Shown here piece after piece: positions 63,033 to 64,000 of a stretch of 64,000 nucleotides of DNA. Under the pieces are notes generated by a model. That model was not told the origin of the DNA, ran no database searches, and was given only the letters and a program-made list of their open reading frames with translations. Each line of letters starts with the position of its first letter. Position 1 is the stretch's first letter. Source of the DNA: Shimia sp. (GTDB taxonomy: Bacteria; Pseudomonadota; Alphaproteobacteria; Rhodobacterales; Rhodobacteraceae); assembly GCF_965227725.1 (NCBI RefSeq), contig NZ_CBDDGH010000004.1, forward strand, positions 78,536-142,535, written 5' to 3'. The position numbers were made by a program, and so were the translations under genes.

Positions 63033-64000
63033 ATGCGTCATCTGTTTCTCCCGGTCGCCGGGGCCATTGCCCTGTCCTGCAGCGCCCTCTTCACAGACCC
63101 CGCTTTTGCCCAAGACATCGCGGACACGATCTATTCCGGCGGCACCATCCTTACGATGGATGACAGCGCGCCACGAGCGGAGGCGCTGGCCACCAAAGAT
63201 GGCCGCATCCTCGCTGTCGGCACGCTCGCGGATCTTCTGGCCCATCAGGGCGAGAGCACCCGCGCCTATGATCTGGACGGGCGCACCATGCTGCCCGGCT
63301 TTGTAGACAGCCACGGCCATGTGGTGATGGGCGGCCTTCAGGCGCTTTCGGCCAACCTGCTGGCCCCACCTGACGGGGACGTGACGGATATCGCCAGCCT
63401 GCAAGAGGCCCTGCGCGCTTGGATGGCGGACAATCAGGAGGCCATTGCCGCCTCCAACCTGATTGTCGGTTTTGGCTATGACCAGTCCCAGCTCGCGGAA
63501 CAGCGCCACCCCACCAAGGCGGATCTGGATGCGGTGTCTACCGATGTGCCGATCATCCTTGTGCATCAATCCGGCCATTTCGGCGCGGTGAACACAGCTG
63601 CGCTTGTCGCCAATGACATCACCAAACGCACCCCGGTGCCGCCCGGCGGCATCATCCGCTACGGCGCGGATGGCGAGCCCGATGGCGTACTGGAAGAGAA
63701 CGCCTTCTTCATGGTGCTCGGTCAGATGCTTGGCGGGATCGGGGATGAGGGCTTCAAGGCCTTCGCCCGTGCGGGTGCCAAACTCTGGGCAAGCTTTGGC
63801 TACACCACCGCGCAGGAAGGTCGCGCCACACCGCAGGTCGCCGCCATCGCCCGCGAAGTTGCTACCGAGGGCGGCATGGGCGTGGATGTGGTTGTCTATC
63901 CCGATGTTCTGGTGGATCGGGATTTCATCCTCGCCAATCAATCCGCCACCTACGACAACGGCGTGCGCATCGGCGGCGCCAAACTCACCATCGACGGCTC
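63033..64000 (+). CDS. Amidohydrolase family (Amidohydro_3 / YtcJ-like) metal-dependent hydrolase with signal peptide, 3' end cut by window edge
   Basis: Absent from the track because no stop lies in the window. Hand translation from ATG 63033 gives MRHLFLPVAGAIALSCSALFTDPAFA/QDIADTIYSGGTILTMDDSAPRAEALATKDGRILAVGT...TMLPGFVDSHGHVVMGG...ILVHQSGHFGAVN. Confidence 0.8.
   Translation, partial: MRHLFLPVAGAIALSCSALFTDPAFAQDIADTIYSGGTILTMDDSAPRAEALATKDGRILAVGTLADLLAHQGESTRAYDLDGRTMLPGFVDSHGHVVMGGLQALSANLLAPPDGDVTDIASLQEALRAWMADNQEAIAASNLIVGFGYDQSQLAEQRHPTKADLDAVSTDVPIILVHQSGHFGAVNTAALVANDITKRTPVPPGGIIRYGADGEPDGVLEENAFFMVLGQMLGGIGDEGFKAFARAGAKLWASFGYTTAQEGRATPQVAAIAREVATEGGMGVDVVVYPDVLVDRDFILANQSATYDNGVRIGGAKLTIDG

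Noticed and set aside
1-64000. Search for CRISPR arrays, rRNA genes, long tandem repeats, integrases, and toxin-antitoxin or restriction-modification genes.
   Set aside because: I saw no regularly spaced direct repeats and no rRNA-like segments. I found no recombinase, methyltransferase or nuclease motifs in any credible ORF. The only repeats are codon-level RTX repeats and coiled-coil low complexity inside genes.

Overview
This is a high-GC chromosome segment: hand counts give about 62 % G+C in core lines. Gene content and synteny look like a marine Rhodobacteraceae alphaproteobacterium, which is an inference. I support about 60 genes. Core block 1 (1-23.5 kb) holds an AhpD-like protein, a GNAT, a CinA-like protein, sfsA and map. 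It also holds a catabolic cluster (OYE reductase, tautomerase, AraC, GMC oxidoreductase, acyl-CoA ligase) and an envelope trio of signal-peptide caspase (C14), OmpA-like protein and CsgG-like/PG-binding lipoprotein. It ends with an MCP and a sulfide-detoxification operon: Crp/Fnr, DUF2892, persulfide dioxygenase, DUF442::SQR fusion, SulP. Core block 2 (39.7-64 kb) runs PhzF fusion, hydrolase, PNPOx-like protein, LysR, tRNA-Phe, yacG, RNase E/G, maf, infA, LMW-PTP, UPF0262, SDR, hisD, GNAT, DUF2948, murA and tRNA-Thr. It continues with an RTX/Hint-domain protein, an HpcH aldolase, a BMP-type ABC transporter, an SPFH protein and an amidohydrolase. Between about 23.6 and 39.7 kb lies a lower-GC accessory island carrying relics of three different IS elements. 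The island contains a partial dTDP-3-amino-sugar cassette, a LuxR-type regulator, an orphan endolysin-like amidase and a 965-aa signal-less M23 / choice-of-anchor-L / cadherin-like protein. My best candidate for an undescribed system sits across a 0.9-kb AT-rich spacer from the M23 gene. It is a near-consensus sigma70 promoter driving a 36-codon signal-peptide mini-ORF (12-aa two-Cys mature peptide), then a 672-aa orphan polytopic membrane protein, then a Cys-rich orphan SBP3-like periplasmic protein. I saw no rRNA, CRISPR array or integrase. Many long ORFs in the track are antisense artefacts of GC3-rich coding.
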